A DNA stretch of 64,000 nucleotides from Chiloscyllium plagiosum (GCF_004010195.1 NC_057718.1:65105548-65169547); one strand, 5' to 3'; numbered from the stretch's first letter, positions 1 to 12,106 are shown. Notes: generated by a model from the letters alone, not told the origin. Program-made: numbers and translations.

Positions 1-625
1 AGCTACAGGATAAAAATAATATAATTACATTGCTCAGTGTAGTCTACAGAACACTAACAAGTGGAAAGGATGTACAGGAACAAATCTGCAAGACAATTAC
101 AGAAATACTAATGTATAAAGTAGTTATAATGGGGACTTCAATTTCCAAATATAGACTGGAACACAGGCACAGTAAAGGACAGCGAGTGTTTCTAGAAGAA
201 TTCAGGACAGTTTCCTACAGCATTATGTGTCTAGTTCAACAAGCAAAGATGCATTATTGGACGTTGTCCTTGGAAATGAAGTGGGCTAAATGAATCAAAT
301 GTCAGCGAGGGAACAGGATACAGTAATTATTGTACCACATATTCAAGAATGTTGTTAGAAAATGACATGTTATAATCTAGAGTAAGAAAATTCTGTTGAG
401 GAGTTGACTTTAATGGGGCAAGGTCAGAACTGAGCAGGAACGATTGGAATAAGAGGTTGGCGGGATAAACAGGAACCAAACAATGGGCTACCTTCAAAGT
501 GCGGAATGATGTGACCACAGTGGAAGTATATGGAAAAACATAGGAAAAACAAATCCAGAGTTCCTTGGATAACAAAGGAGGTAGAAATTAATATTAAAAA
601 GAAATGTATGCTTATTACAGAGGTA
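1..625 (+). mobile_element. CR1 LINE ORF2 fragment (endonuclease C-term/linker), decayed; 5' part of an old CR1 running to ~5315
   Basis: gttataatggggacttcaatttccaaatatagactgg resembles VIMGDFNFPNIDW with frameshifts; PWITKEVEINIKKK linker motif. Confidence 0.8.
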
Positions 626-854
626 AGAGACAAAAACAAAACTGCAGATGCTGGAATCCAAAGTAGACAGGCAGGAGGCTGGAAGAACACAGCAAGCCAT
701 GCAGCATCAGGAAGAGTAGCCATCGTCTCGGGTATAACCCTTCTTCAGGATTGGGCGTGTGTGTGAGGGTAACTACAGGTAAAGGGGGTGGTGGGTGTAG
801 GGTGGTGAAGTGGGGATAGATGAAAACAGGTACAGCGTACGACCTGGTTGGTCA
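626..854 (-). mobile_element. Penelope-like element 3' end (pLTR) with degenerate hammerhead motif, runs into gap
   Basis: actgcagatgctgga terminus shared with other PLE ends; minus strand ctgaaga-a-gggt-tat-accc-gagac at ~725-749. Confidence 0.7.
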
Positions 855-1354
855 NNNNNNNNNNNNNNNNNNNNNNNNNNNNNNNNNNNNNNNNNNNNNN
901 NNNNNNNNNNNNNNNNNNNNNNNNNNNNNNNNNNNNNNNNNNNNNNNNNNNNNNNNNNNNNNNNNNNNNNNNNNNNNNNNNNNNNNNNNNNNNNNNNNNN
1001 NNNNNNNNNNNNNNNNNNNNNNNNNNNNNNNNNNNNNNNNNNNNNNNNNNNNNNNNNNNNNNNNNNNNNNNNNNNNNNNNNNNNNNNNNNNNNNNNNNNN
1101 NNNNNNNNNNNNNNNNNNNNNNNNNNNNNNNNNNNNNNNNNNNNNNNNNNNNNNNNNNNNNNNNNNNNNNNNNNNNNNNNNNNNNNNNNNNNNNNNNNNN
1201 NNNNNNNNNNNNNNNNNNNNNNNNNNNNNNNNNNNNNNNNNNNNNNNNNNNNNNNNNNNNNNNNNNNNNNNNNNNNNNNNNNNNNNNNNNNNNNNNNNNN
1301 NNNNNNNNNNNNNNNNNNNNNNNNNNNNNNNNNNNNNNNNNNNNNNNNNNNNNN
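855..1354. other. Assembly gap (500 N)
   Basis: N run. Confidence 1.
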
Positions 1355-2187
1355 GTGGTGAATTAATCAGGATAGAAATAATAGTTAAATGGAAAAAGGT
1401 GGGTTGATTTGGAAGAGGCAACATGGGTTTCAAAAGGGGAAATCATGTTTAACTAACTTTCTGGAGTCTTTGAAGAGGTAACAGAAAGACCCAATTAAGG
1501 TAATGCTCTTGAGGTGCATACATTTTCTAAAGCCATGATCATAATGAATGGCACACAGGCTTGAAAAGCCAAATGGCCTACTCCTGCTTCTAGTTCCGAT
1601 GTTTCAGGAGACATTTGATACAGTGCTCTACATCAGACTTGTGAGGAAAGTTTAGAGGTTATGGAATAAAAGGGTCAGCAACAACATAGATACAAAATTG
1701 AATGATAGGAAATACAGACTAAAAGTCAATGGATGTTTTCAAGCTGGAGGATAATTCATAGTGGAGTTCCCCAGGAATTGGTATTGGGACTCTTGCTTTT
1801 GCTGATTAATGATCTGGATATTGGTGCGCAGGGGACAATCTCAAAGTTTGCCAATGACACCAGATTTGAAAGTATTGCAAGGAGGACAGTGTGGAACTTC
1901 AAAAGGACATTGACAAATTGATGGTGGGGGTGGATAAAGTTCAATATAGAGACATGTGAAGTGATGTAGTTTGATCAGAAGAACACTGAAAGACAACATA
2001 AAATAGGAGGTACAATTTTAAAAGGGTGCAGCAGCAGAGAGATCTGGGTGTATATGAACACAGCTCGTTGAAGATGGTCAGGCAGGTGGGGAGAGCAGTT
2101 AATAAAGCATACAGTATTCTCAGCTTTATTTAAGGGGCACAGAGTACAAGAGCAAGGAGGTATGCTTAACTTGTATAGGACACTTGT
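1355..2187 (+). mobile_element. CR1 LINE RT fragment, decayed
   Basis: QHGF..GKSCLTNFLE, SGVPQELVLG, INDLD, SKFANDT motifs. Confidence 0.9.
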
Positions 2188-4673
2188 TAGAGTTGATAAA
2201 ATGTGGTGCTGGAAAAAGCACAGCAGGCCAGACAGCATCTGAGGAGCAAGAAAGTCAATGTTTCGGGCTTAATACTTTATCAAGACTGGGGAGCGGGAAG
2301 TGGGTTGAGAAATAAATGGGGGTTGGGCCCGAAGGAAAGGTAGTTGAGATGGCAATAGGTAGGCAAAGGTAGGAGATGGTTGTGATAGATTGGTGGAAAA
2401 TGTGGAGCAAATTAGTGGGAAGGAAGATGGGCAGGTAGATCATGTCAAGAGGGCGGAGTCAAGTCGGAGGGTTGGATCTGGGATGGGGTGGGGAGAGGAG
2501 ATATTGGGAAACTGGTGAATTCAACGTTGAGACTGCGTGGTTGTAGGTTTCCAAGATGGAAGATGAGGTGTTCCTCCTCCAGTTTGTGGGTGGTCTTTGT
2601 TTAGGTAGTGAAGGGAGCCCAGACTGGACATGTCATGGGGGGGAGTGGGAGAGTGAGTTGAAATAGATGGCAACAGGAAGGTGGAGTTTGTTGGTGCATA
2701 TGGACCAAAGATGTTCTCTGAACCATTCTGTGAATTTGCGGTTGATCTCTCCGATGTAGAGAAGACCACATCAACAACAACAGATGCAGTAAATGAAGTT
2801 CAAGGATCTGCAAGTAAATCTCTGGTGGATTTGGAATGATCCTCTGGGGCCTTGGATGGAGGTGAGAGAGGAAGTGTGAGCACAGGTTTTGTACCTCTTG
2901 CAGCAGGGAAGGGTGCCAGGTGTGGAGAGGGGGTTGAAGGGGAGCGTGGACCTAACCAGGGAGTCGTGGAGGAAATGGTCCCTACGGAATACAGATAGGG
3001 TTGGAAATATATTTTTGGGGGTGGGATCTTACTGTAGGTGGTGAAAATGATGGAGGATGTTATGCTGGATTTGGAGATTAGTGGGATGGAATGTCAGGAC
3101 CATTGGGGATTCTTTCCTTGTTGTGGTTGGGTGGGTGGGGTTTGAGAGCAGAGGTGCAGGAATTGGAGGATTGAGGGCATTGTTAATCACAGAGGAGGGG
3201 AAATTATGGTCCTGGAAATAGGTGGACACCTGGGATGTCCTGGAATGGAATCACTCATCTTGGGAGCAAATAGGGTGGAGGTGGAGGAGTTGGGAGTATG
3301 GGATCGCATTTTTACAGGGGGCAGATGGGAGGTGTAGTCAAGGTAGCTGTGGGTATTGGTGGATTTGAAGTAGATGTCTGTGTTAAGTCAATTGCTACAG
3401 GGGTCCAAGAAGGGGAGGGAGGTGTCAGAGATGGTCCAGGTAAATCTGAGGTCAGAGTGGAAGGTGTGGGTGAAGCGGATGAACTGTTCAAGCTTCTCGT
3501 GGGAGCACGAGGCAGCACTGACCCAGTCATCAATGTAAGCGAGCGAAGGATAAGGGATGGTGCCAGTGTAACTGTGGAAGATGGACTGTTCCACGTATCT
3601 TATGAAGAGGCAAGCATAGCTCGGACCCATGCAGGTACCCTTACCCTACTTCCGGGATCATAACTTCTCTTCCCATTATCAACATTGCCCTCAATCACAT
3701 CTCCTTCATTTCCCGCACCTCTGCCCTCAAATCCCATTCTCCCTAACTGCACCAAGGATAGAATCCCCTGGTCCTCACATTCCACCCACTAATCTCCAAA
3801 TTCAGCATATCATCCTCTGCCATTTTCAACACCTACAGTCAGACCCCACTAGCAACAATATATTTTCCTCCCCACCCCTATCTGCATTCCGTAGGGACCA
3901 CCGACTCCACTCGTGGCACCTTCCCTTGCTGCTGTAAGAGATGCAAAACCTGTGCCCACAGCTCCCCCCTCAGCTCCATCCAACACCCCTAAGAATCATT
4001 TCAAATCTGGCAAATTGGATATCCTCAATCCTCATTTACTGCATCCATTGCTCTCGATGTGGTCTTCTCTACATTGGAGAGATCGAGTGCACACTTGTAG
4101 AACAGTTCAAGGAACATCTCTGGTCTGTATGCACCAACCAACCCCCTTCCTCTAGCCATCCATTTCAACTCTGTCTCCCACTCCCCCCATGACATGTCAT
4201 TCTGGGCTTCCTCCACAGGGTAAACAAGGTCACCTGCAAACTGGAGGAGGAACACCTCATCTTCCACCTAATCTAGGCAGCCTACAACCACGCAGCCTCA
4301 ACATTGATTTCACCAGTTTCCAAATCTCCTCACCCCATCCCAAATCCAAATTACCGACTTGGCTCTGCCTTCTTGACCTGACCTACCTGCCCATCTTCCT
4401 TTCCACCTATTGGATTGACACTTCCCACCGAGCTATCACAGTCACCTCCTACCTTCACCCACCTTTCGCCATCCCAACTACCTTTCCCCCAGTCCCACCC
4501 CTTCCTTCTATTTATTTCTCAGCCTCCTCCCCCCTCCCCAGTCCTGATGAAATGTTAAGCTGAAATGTCGACTTTCTTGCTCCTCGGATGCTGCCTCACC
4601 AGCTGTGCTTTTTTCCAGTGCCACATTTTATCGATTCTGACTTCTCCAGCATCTGCTTCTCCTCACCTTCTCC
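2188..4673. mobile_element. Penelope-like (Neptune-type) element in inverted fold-back configuration inserted in CR1: minus arm 2188-~3631, plus arm ~3632-4673
   Basis: Minus arm MGPSYACLF..YIDD (RT) plus GIY-YIG remains; plus arm IYCIHCSRCGLLYIGE (GIY-YIG); 12-bp TSD taggacacttgt at 2176-2187 and 4674-4685. Confidence 0.9.
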
Positions 4674-5315
4674 TAGGACACTTGTAAGACCTCATCTGGA
4701 GTATTGTGTACAGCTGTGTGTGTCACATTACTGGAACGATACAAATGCATTGGAGACAGCTCAGAAGTGATTTACAAGAATTGTTCCAGGGGTGAGAAAC
4801 TTCAGTCTTGAGGAAAGATTGGAAAAGTTAGGAGTGTTCTCCATAGAGAAAAGAAGGCTAAGAGGAGATTTGACAGAGTTCTCAAAATCATAAACAAGCT
4901 GGACAGAATAGATAGGGAGCTGCTGCTCCCACTCATAAAAGTAATAAGAACAAGAGGGCATAGATTTAAAGTATTGCACAAATGATATTGCACAAAAAGT
5001 ATTGCACAACTCATAAACGTAATAAGAACAAGAGGGCATAGATTTAAAGTATTGCACAAATGAAACAAGGGCAATAAGAGAAAAATAGCTTTTTCACACA
5101 GCGATTAGTCAGGGTATAGAATGCCCTGCCTGGAAATATGGTGGAGGAAATTCAATTAAAGCATTCAAGAGGGCATTAGATTAGTATTTGGATATAGATG
5201 ACGTGCAGGTATATGGGGAAAAGGCAGGAGATTGGTCCTAGAAAATAGAGCTAGTGCAGCCATGATGGGTCAAATGGTCTCCTTCTGCACTGTAATAATT
5301 CTGAGATTCTGTGAA
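4674..5315 (+). mobile_element. CR1 LINE 3' end (continuation across the PLE)
   Basis: RTLVRPHLEYCVQL, RRLRGDL, TRGHRFK motifs and CR1 3'UTR ending in ttctgtga-like repeats. Confidence 0.9.
4931..5063. repeat. 55-bp direct duplication with tattgcaca filler repeats
   Basis: actcataaa(a/c)gtaataagaacaagagggcatagatttaaagtattgcacaaatga at 4931-4985 and 5009-5063. Confidence 0.9.
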
Positions 5316-6104
5316 ATTATCCATTCTGGATTGGTCACACATTCGGCTGCCCCACCTACTTCCCTCATGCAATCAATGATGCTAATTATGTAACATTTGT
5401 AAATGAAAATGACGTCAATAAAAACAGACTAATAACTCAAATACCACTCATTCCTGTCCAAAAGCTTTTAGCAATAGTCTGTTACTCTCACTGTGATTTT
5501 TTTTTTAAGTAGCCATTTATTATCACAGTACACAAGTAGTCTTTGACTGAGTGATCATTTTCTTGTCACATTATGGAGGTGCAAATGCTCCCAGCTCCCA
5601 GTGAACACTGAAATGGATCCTGTACAAAATATTGCTGTCATCACAAATTGCTGTCAAATCTCAAATTTTACAGTGATCATATTGTAAATTATTTCAGGCA
5701 AGAAGCTGAACTTGTTAAGATTGAAACTTTGCTCCAAATAGTATTTGAGGAAAAATTTAACTCTTTGAAATCATCCAGAAAGGAACAGGTGAAGGTTTAA
5801 AACAAAAAACCTCTAGCTCCATTGAAAACTTACGTTAATATGATTAATTTTTGTTCAGGATAATACTGTCATTAAGTATCAGCAGCAACCTCATTAACAA
5901 ATGTCCATCAGTATCTCAGGGCATTTTAGAATCCTCACCTTCCCAGCTTCATGACACTTTTGCCTATTCATGAGTGAGTGTTTATTTTAGTCTCACACCA
6001 TGAAAAGCAGTCAGGAAGCCAGCAAAGGTAATGATAAAAGGAAGAACATTTCTTAATAAGATCAGAAGGAATACTCTTCAGGCCTAACAAGTTATCTGGA
6101 TCTA

Positions 6105-6346
6105 GATTAAAAACCAAAAGAATTGCAGATGCTGTAAATCAAAATAAAAACAGAAATTGCTGGAAAAGCTTAGCATGTCTGGCAGCATCTGTGAAGAGAA
6201 ATCAGAATTCATGTTTTGGGTCTGGTGACCCTTTCTCCAGAATCCTCTGTTCTGAGGAAGGTTTGCCGGACCTGAAACATGAACTCTGATTTCTCTTCAC
6301 AGATGCTACCAGACATGCTGAGCTGTTCCAACAATTTCTGTTTTTG
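6105..6346 (-). mobile_element. Short fold-back PLE-derived element with hammerhead motif
   Basis: ~95-bp inverted arms (6146-6242 / 6250-6345); TSD atctggatcta 6094-6104 and 6347-6357; gtt-ctgagga-aggt..acct-gaaacatg-aac at 6249-6284. Confidence 0.85.
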
Positions 6347-6539
6347 ATCTGGATCTATACTGCCCTGGCCTGCAAACCCAATTCAGCCACAGCCCCTTCC
6401 CCAGAATTTCCCTTCCTGTTATCAACAATGCCTTCAATCTACAGACCAGACTTCAGAGTATATCACATTGATGATATCTGATGTACAAAGCTACAAACTA
6501 CGTATAACTTTAAGTTGCATTTATATTTTGTATTTTGTG

Positions 6540-7282
6540 TGTTACAAAGGGAGTTACATATGTTTATTATTTTATTTATGAAATTGGGACTTTAGTCCTG
6601 GACAGTCAGGAGGTTTGTCTGCTTACATGCATTTTAATGAGGTTTTAAACTCTTGGATGAATACTTCAGTGCGTTATTATACAAAGGTAGGAGAAAAAAA
6701 TGCTGTCACATAGTGAAGGAGCCTAAACATATTGGGAAACAGAACAATCCAGAAGTAATTCAGTCTGCATGGAAGTGTGTCACACAGTAGAGGTAGGGCA
6801 CACCTAAGTTTAGGAAACTTAGATTCACTCTGAAATATAATGCAATTGTGACCTAAGTGCACTTTAGTTTGTGTGCCTTATGGAAAAATATCTAATAACT
6901 AAAAAGAAGTTTGCCAAAACAAAACTAGTTTCAGATGTCCTAGCCTGTGTCTGAGCAAGTAGCTTTACTCTGAAGCTACAGTAGTGGTGAAGTTTTCACT
7001 GAGATTTGAATGTTTTTTCAGGATATGTTTGGGATAAAAGGGGTGGTGCTTTTCTTGTTTAGTAAAAAAATCGTTTCAAGTTTTGCGTTTGTCTAATGTA
7101 ATAGAATACATGTGTTTTCTTGCTTAATAAATGTTTTATCTTTGATATTAAAAATACACCAGCAACATTTGTGAATGGCTTCAGCAGCTGATCTCCACAG
7201 TTAAAGCAGAAACAAATTTAGGATCCAACCAGCCAAATTTCAGTCTGGGATCTGATTTGTCCAGTATTAATATCAGGTGACA
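6540..7282 (+). mobile_element. Possible solo LTR
   Basis: Begins tgttac and ends gtgaca (imperfect TG..CA inverted ends); aataaa at ~7125; no TSD found. Confidence 0.35.
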
Positions 7283-7949
7283 GATAAAGTTCAACTGAAG
7301 AGTACAAATGAGAACACATGCCAAAACAGTTTAAATAAATTGTGAAAGTCGAACACTTCTAAGTATAATGTACCTAATTTGGGCAATTTTAATTTTACAT
7401 AATACTCTAACTGTGACGTTATAAAGATATAATGAATCTCTGAGAGACTCTTTTCAGTACAACATGTTCCTTTGGTTATAAGGTCAGGTTGTGCAGTCTG
7501 CTTGAAAGTCTCATTATACCCTGTCCCCCTTCTCCTTTTTAAAAATTCTTTTTAATGAAAACTAATCCACATTAGCCACACTGTGAACATTGAATTATGA
7601 TTCATAAGATGATCGACCTTAAATCGAGCAAATTGTGTTATGCTGAAAATGACTTTAATCTCCACATTGTTAAAGAAGGCACCGTTCTCTCAATTCTTCA
7701 ATATATAATGAATCTCTGTGGGGAACAAAGTGATGCTTATCACAAGCATGACTTGATCCACTGTTCAGTATCAACTAGCTTCAATGTCTGTGTTCTATTT
7801 TTAAATAAAACTGAGAATTTTGCATCCTAGATATAGCAAAGTTCAATATTACAATTTCCTTACACAGCAGCCTAAAATGGAAAGACTGAATAATATAAAA
7901 TACAATCTCCCAAATCCTGTGACAATGTTCCTCTCCCTTTCTATAAATT

Positions 7950-8064
7950 CAGAAATCACACAACACCAGCTTATAGTGCAACAGGTTTATTTGACTATAA
8001 CCTGGTGTTGTGTGATTTCTGACTTTGTCCACCCCAGTCCATAACCAGAACCTCCACACCATTG
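7950..8064 (+). mobile_element. Mini fold-back PLE remnant (second pLTR family)
   Basis: tcagaaatcacacaacaccag..tatagt inverted against actataacctggtgttgtgtgatttctga; TSD ctataaatt 7941-7949 and 8065-8073. Confidence 0.75.
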
Positions 8065-8343
8065 CTATAAATTAATGTTCTTGTGTATTTCACAGTGTTC
8101 TCCCACTTTTCATGAAGGCTCTAATTCTTGCTAAGATTGAGTTTAATGAGATATGGTAGCCATTTTGTACTTTGACCTATTAACCATTCTCTACCATATG
8201 ATTAGTAAATGATTGCATTCTTATTTGACTATGGAGGCATCACAATGAAAAGCAATTCTGTTTGTTCCTGTTGTGCATCCCTGATAGTTGCCACTCAGGA
8301 TCCAGAGCCTTTTTTATTGTTTCCTTTCCCTTACTCTGGTTAA

Positions 8344-8585
8344 TGAAATAACTCCACAGAGTTCCGGTATCCTGTCAGCAAATCACCCTTTACTTACACC
8401 TGGAAAGTCCTCGATACTGATCCAGGTCCCTAAGAGTCATCCAATTTTCAGAGTGAATAGGATGTCTGACACTCCTGTTGTTAGCTGTTATGCTAGGGCT
8501 CTCTGATTGGACCAGATTAACAGCTCCAATTAGGGAACTCATATTCTATGAGGTCCACCTAGCTGACTTCATTATAATCACTACA
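8344..8585 (-). mobile_element. Solo LTR (Gypsy-like) with 5-bp TSD
   Basis: Minus strand starts tgtagt and ends ttatttca (TG..CA); flanked by gttaa at 8339-8343 and 8586-8590. Confidence 0.7.
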
Positions 8586-9157
8586 GTTAAGAAATACAAT
8601 GTTGCTACATCCAGCTAACTCAGAAGATAATAGCGTGACTCAGTCCATCATTTAAAGAGCTAATCACTAAATCATGTCAGATCAGGGTGATACACATGTT
8701 TACCAGTCATTTTGCAAGTTTCAAGCTACTCTTTCTGACTTCATTTCTCATTACATTGTTTCATTTGTTCTTGGCTTGCTAATGAGTAGTGATGGATTTT
8801 ACCTCTTGAATTTGTTGTGGAACAAAAACTCACTTTCAGTGGAGATGGAGCAGGTTACAAAACTATTCTTGCTCAGTACCCTACTGTTTGTTGGATGCAT
8901 GATGAGTGCTGTGCACCTCACCCACAGATAATAGGAAGCTGCATAAGCACAGACTGGAAGGATGAGGGAAATGGAATACAAAAGCAGAGCATTGGTGATA
9001 TCATATTTGGAGTATTGTGCATGTTATTCATTGCATTATTTAAGGAAGGATGTAAATGTATAAGAGAAAGTTCAAAGAAAGTTTATTAGGTTAATACCTA
9101 AAATGGAGGGTTGGACTTATGAAGACGATTGGACAGGCTAGGCTTGTATCCACTGGA

Positions 9158-9371
9158 ATCTAGATTAGAGTGATGCTGAAAAAGCACAGCAGGTCAGGCA
9201 GCATCCGAGGGGCAGGGATATCGATGTTTCGGGCAGGAGCCCTTCATCAGGAATGCTCCTGCCTGAAATATTGATTTACCTGCTCCTCGGATGCTGCCTG
9301 ACCTGCTGTGCTTTTTCAGCATCACTCTAATCTTAACTCTGATCTCCAGCATTTGCAGTCCTCACTTTCAC
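9158..9371 (+). mobile_element. Short fold-back PLE-derived element
   Basis: ~80-bp inverted arms; 15-bp TSD cttgtatccactgga 9143-9157 and 9372-9386. Confidence 0.9.
9219..9254 (-). ncRNA. Minimal hammerhead ribozyme motif
   Basis: attc-ctgatga-a-gggc-tcct-gccc-gaaacatc-gata. Confidence 0.7.
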
Positions 9372-10018
9372 CTTGTATCCACTGGAGTTTGGACAAGTAA
9401 AAAGCAACTTGATTGAAACATATAAGATCTCAGAGGTTAATTAATAGAAATAAAAGTGAAACAAGGAAGTATTTACAGTATGTATGTGGAAAGAAGCGTG
9501 TGGATTATGCTGGGATTAGGAACCTTTTGTCTGTCAGCTCCTTCATCGTATGTTTATGTTTCCATTGAGGAGATTGTGCTTCAGTGGATTACCATTTATG
9601 ACTGATATAGCACCAGAGAACTTTAATTGGACCTATGTCCAGTACTTTACTTTAGAAGGTATCAAATGTCACACAGATGCCATTGACACAGTGAGATGGC
9701 CAATGAATATGTCCATTGAGGAGCTTTAAAATTGTTCTCATCAATCTCTTACTCACAAGTTGACTAAGGAAATTCTGTGTCATGGGTACTCTGTGTGCCC
9801 TTGCTTTGCTGAAAACCTGATCCTCGAGTCACATCTTTGGCCATACATTTGGCTCATATTTCCAGGAGGTGAAAGTGTTTCTTGGTCTTAAGATCATTGG
9901 CATTCTTTCTTTCGAGTTCCTTTTCCACACGTCTTCTTGCAGATGAATATTCTTAAAGGATTGTGTCCCTTATGACAGGAGTTTCTTCTAAACCAGTTTC
10001 TTCAAAATGAGTATCTCT

Positions 10019-10622
10019 GTTGTGGTTCTGTTCGCCGAGCTGGAAGTTTTTGTTGCAATGGTTTCGTCCCCTGGCTAGGCGACATCATCAGTGCTTGGAA
10101 GCCTCCTGCGAAGCGCTTCTTTGATGTTTCCTCCGGTGTTTATAGTGGTCTGTCCCTGCCGCTTCCGGTTGAAGACAGGAAGGCAGCTAACAATCCGCAT
10201 ACATGAACATCAACTAGCCACGAAACGACACGACCAGCTATCCTCAGTAGCCACACACGCAGACAACAAGCAACATGAATTCGACTGAGACAACACTACT
10301 ATCATAGGGCAAGCCAAACAGAGAACAGCCAGGGAATTCCTAGAGGCATAGCATTCATCCACAAACTCCATCAACAAACACATCGACCTGGACCCAATAT
10401 ACCAACCACTACAGCGGACAGCTGAAACTGACAACCGGAAGCGGCAGGGACAGACCACTATAAACACCGGAGGAAACATCAAAGAAGCGCTTCGCAGGAG
10501 GCTCCCAAGCACTGATGATGTCGCCTAGCCAGGGGACGAAACCATTGCAACAAAAACTTCCAGCTCGGCGAACAGAACCACAACAACGAGCACCCGAGCT
10601 ACAAATCTTCGCACAAACTTTG
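10019..10622 (+). mobile_element. Penelope/Poseidon-type PLE, 5'-truncated, with inverted pLTR
   Basis: GIY-YIG C-term KTGRQLTIRIHEHQLATKRHDQLSSVATH; ~152-bp near-perfect inverted arms 10019-10171 / 10432-10584; 12-bp TSD atgagtatctct 10007-10018 and 10623-10634. Confidence 0.9.
10509..10548 (+). ncRNA. Hammerhead ribozyme motif (mirror copy at 10055-10094, minus)
   Basis: gca-ctgatga-t-gtcgcct-agcc-aggggac-gaaaccat-tgc; stems I and II pair; cleavage triplet region atypical. Confidence 0.65.
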
Positions 10623-10707
10623 ATGAGTATCTCTCACGTGTTGACATCTATGATGCATTTCTTGAGGGAAGCGTTTGGGGTGTCTTTGAAATGCTTTCTG
10701 CTTATAA

Positions 10708-10922
10708 GCTGAAGGACTCATTCTCAAAGACTCATTTGAATTTTCCAAGGAACCAATTAACTTTTTGTGACATTTTTAGCAGTGATGGTGTAATGGGAGA
10801 TCCAGACAAAGCAAAGATTGTTCAAGAGTTTTTCACTCCGGTTAGTTCATAACCTGCAAAGATTTCTAGAGATGGTAAACTATTTGGCAAAAGCTTTGTT
10901 TCATATGACAACTATGATTGAG
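10708..10922 (+). mobile_element. Gypsy-type pol remnant (RT thumb/connection)
   Basis: EFSKEPINFL, SSDGVMGDPDKAK, LQRFLEMVNYLAK motifs. Confidence 0.7.
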
Positions 10923-12022
10923 TCATAGACTCATAGAGTCATAGAGATGTACATATGGAAACAGACCCTTCAGTCCAACTAATCTGTGCTGACCAGATAT
11001 CCCAACCCAATCTAGTCCCACCTGCCACCACCCGCCCCATATCCCTCCAAACCCATCCGATTCATATACCTATCCAGATGCCTTTTAAATGTTGCAATTG
11101 TACCAGCCTCCACCACTTCCTCTACCACCCTCTGCATGAAAAAGCTGCCCCTTAGGTCTCTTTTATATCTTTCCCCTCTCACCCTAATTCTATGCTGTCT
11201 AGTTCTGGACTTCCCAACCCAGGGAAAAGAAGTTGTCTATTTATCCTATCCTTGCCCCTCATGATTTTGTAAATCTCTATAAGGTCACCCCTCAGCCTCT
11301 GATGCTCCAGGGAAAACAGCCCCAGCCTATTCAATCTCTCCATGTAGCTCAGATCCTCCAACATCCTTGTAAATCTTTTCTGAACCCTTTCAATTTTCAC
11401 AATATATTTCCAATAGTAAGGAGACCAGAATTGCATGCAATATTCCAAAAGTGGCCTAACCAATGTCCTGTACAGCCGCAACATGACCTCTTAACTCCTG
11501 TGCTCAATACTCTGACTACTAAAGGAAAACATACCAAAAACCTTCTTCACTATCCTATCGACCTACGACTCCACTTTCAAGGAGCTATGAACCTGCACAC
11601 CAAGGTCTCTTTGTTCAGCAACACTCCCCTAGGACTTTACCATTAAGTGTATAAGTCCTGCTAAGATTTGCTTTCCCAAACTACAGCACCTCGCATTTAT
11701 CGGAATTAAACTCCATCTGCCACTTCTCAGCCCATTGGCCCATCTGGTCCAGATCCTGTTGTAATCTGAGGTAACCCTCTTCGCTGTCCACTACACCTCC
11801 AATTTTGGTGTCACCTGCAAACTTACTAACTACACTTCTAATGCGCACATCAAAATCATTTATATAAATGTCGAAAGGTAGTGGACCCAGTACTGATCCT
11901 TGTGACACTCCACTGGTCACAGGCCTCCAGTCCGAAAAACAACCCTCCACCACGCTCTGTCTTCTACCTTTGAGCCACTTCTGTATCCAAATGACTTGGT
12001 TCTCCCTGTATTCCATGAGATC

Positions 12023-12106
12023 TAACCTTGCTAATCAGTCTCCCATGGGGAACATTGTTGAATGTAACCTTGCTAATCAGTCTCCCATGGGGAACATTGT
12101 TGAATG
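12023..12106. repeat. Perfect 42-bp tandem duplication
   Basis: taaccttgctaatcagtctcccatggggaacattgttgaatg x2. Confidence 0.95.

Larger units (their letters stand above)
8985..9440 (+). mobile_element. Old CR1 3' fragment, interrupted by a fold-back element
   Basis: LEYC, RLDRLGLYPLEF, LIETYKI-like remains on both sides of the insertion. Confidence 0.7.
9775..10705 (-). mobile_element. RTE-clade LINE 3' fragment, interrupted by PLE at 10019-10622
   Basis: Minus strand QRKHFKDTPNASLKKCIIDVNT resembles the RTE C-terminus; decayed terminal Zn-finger-like segment. Confidence 0.55.

Noticed and set aside
810..1433. Long ORFs in the track (also 33917-35203 and 61237-62159)
   Set aside because: Length comes from N runs translated as X
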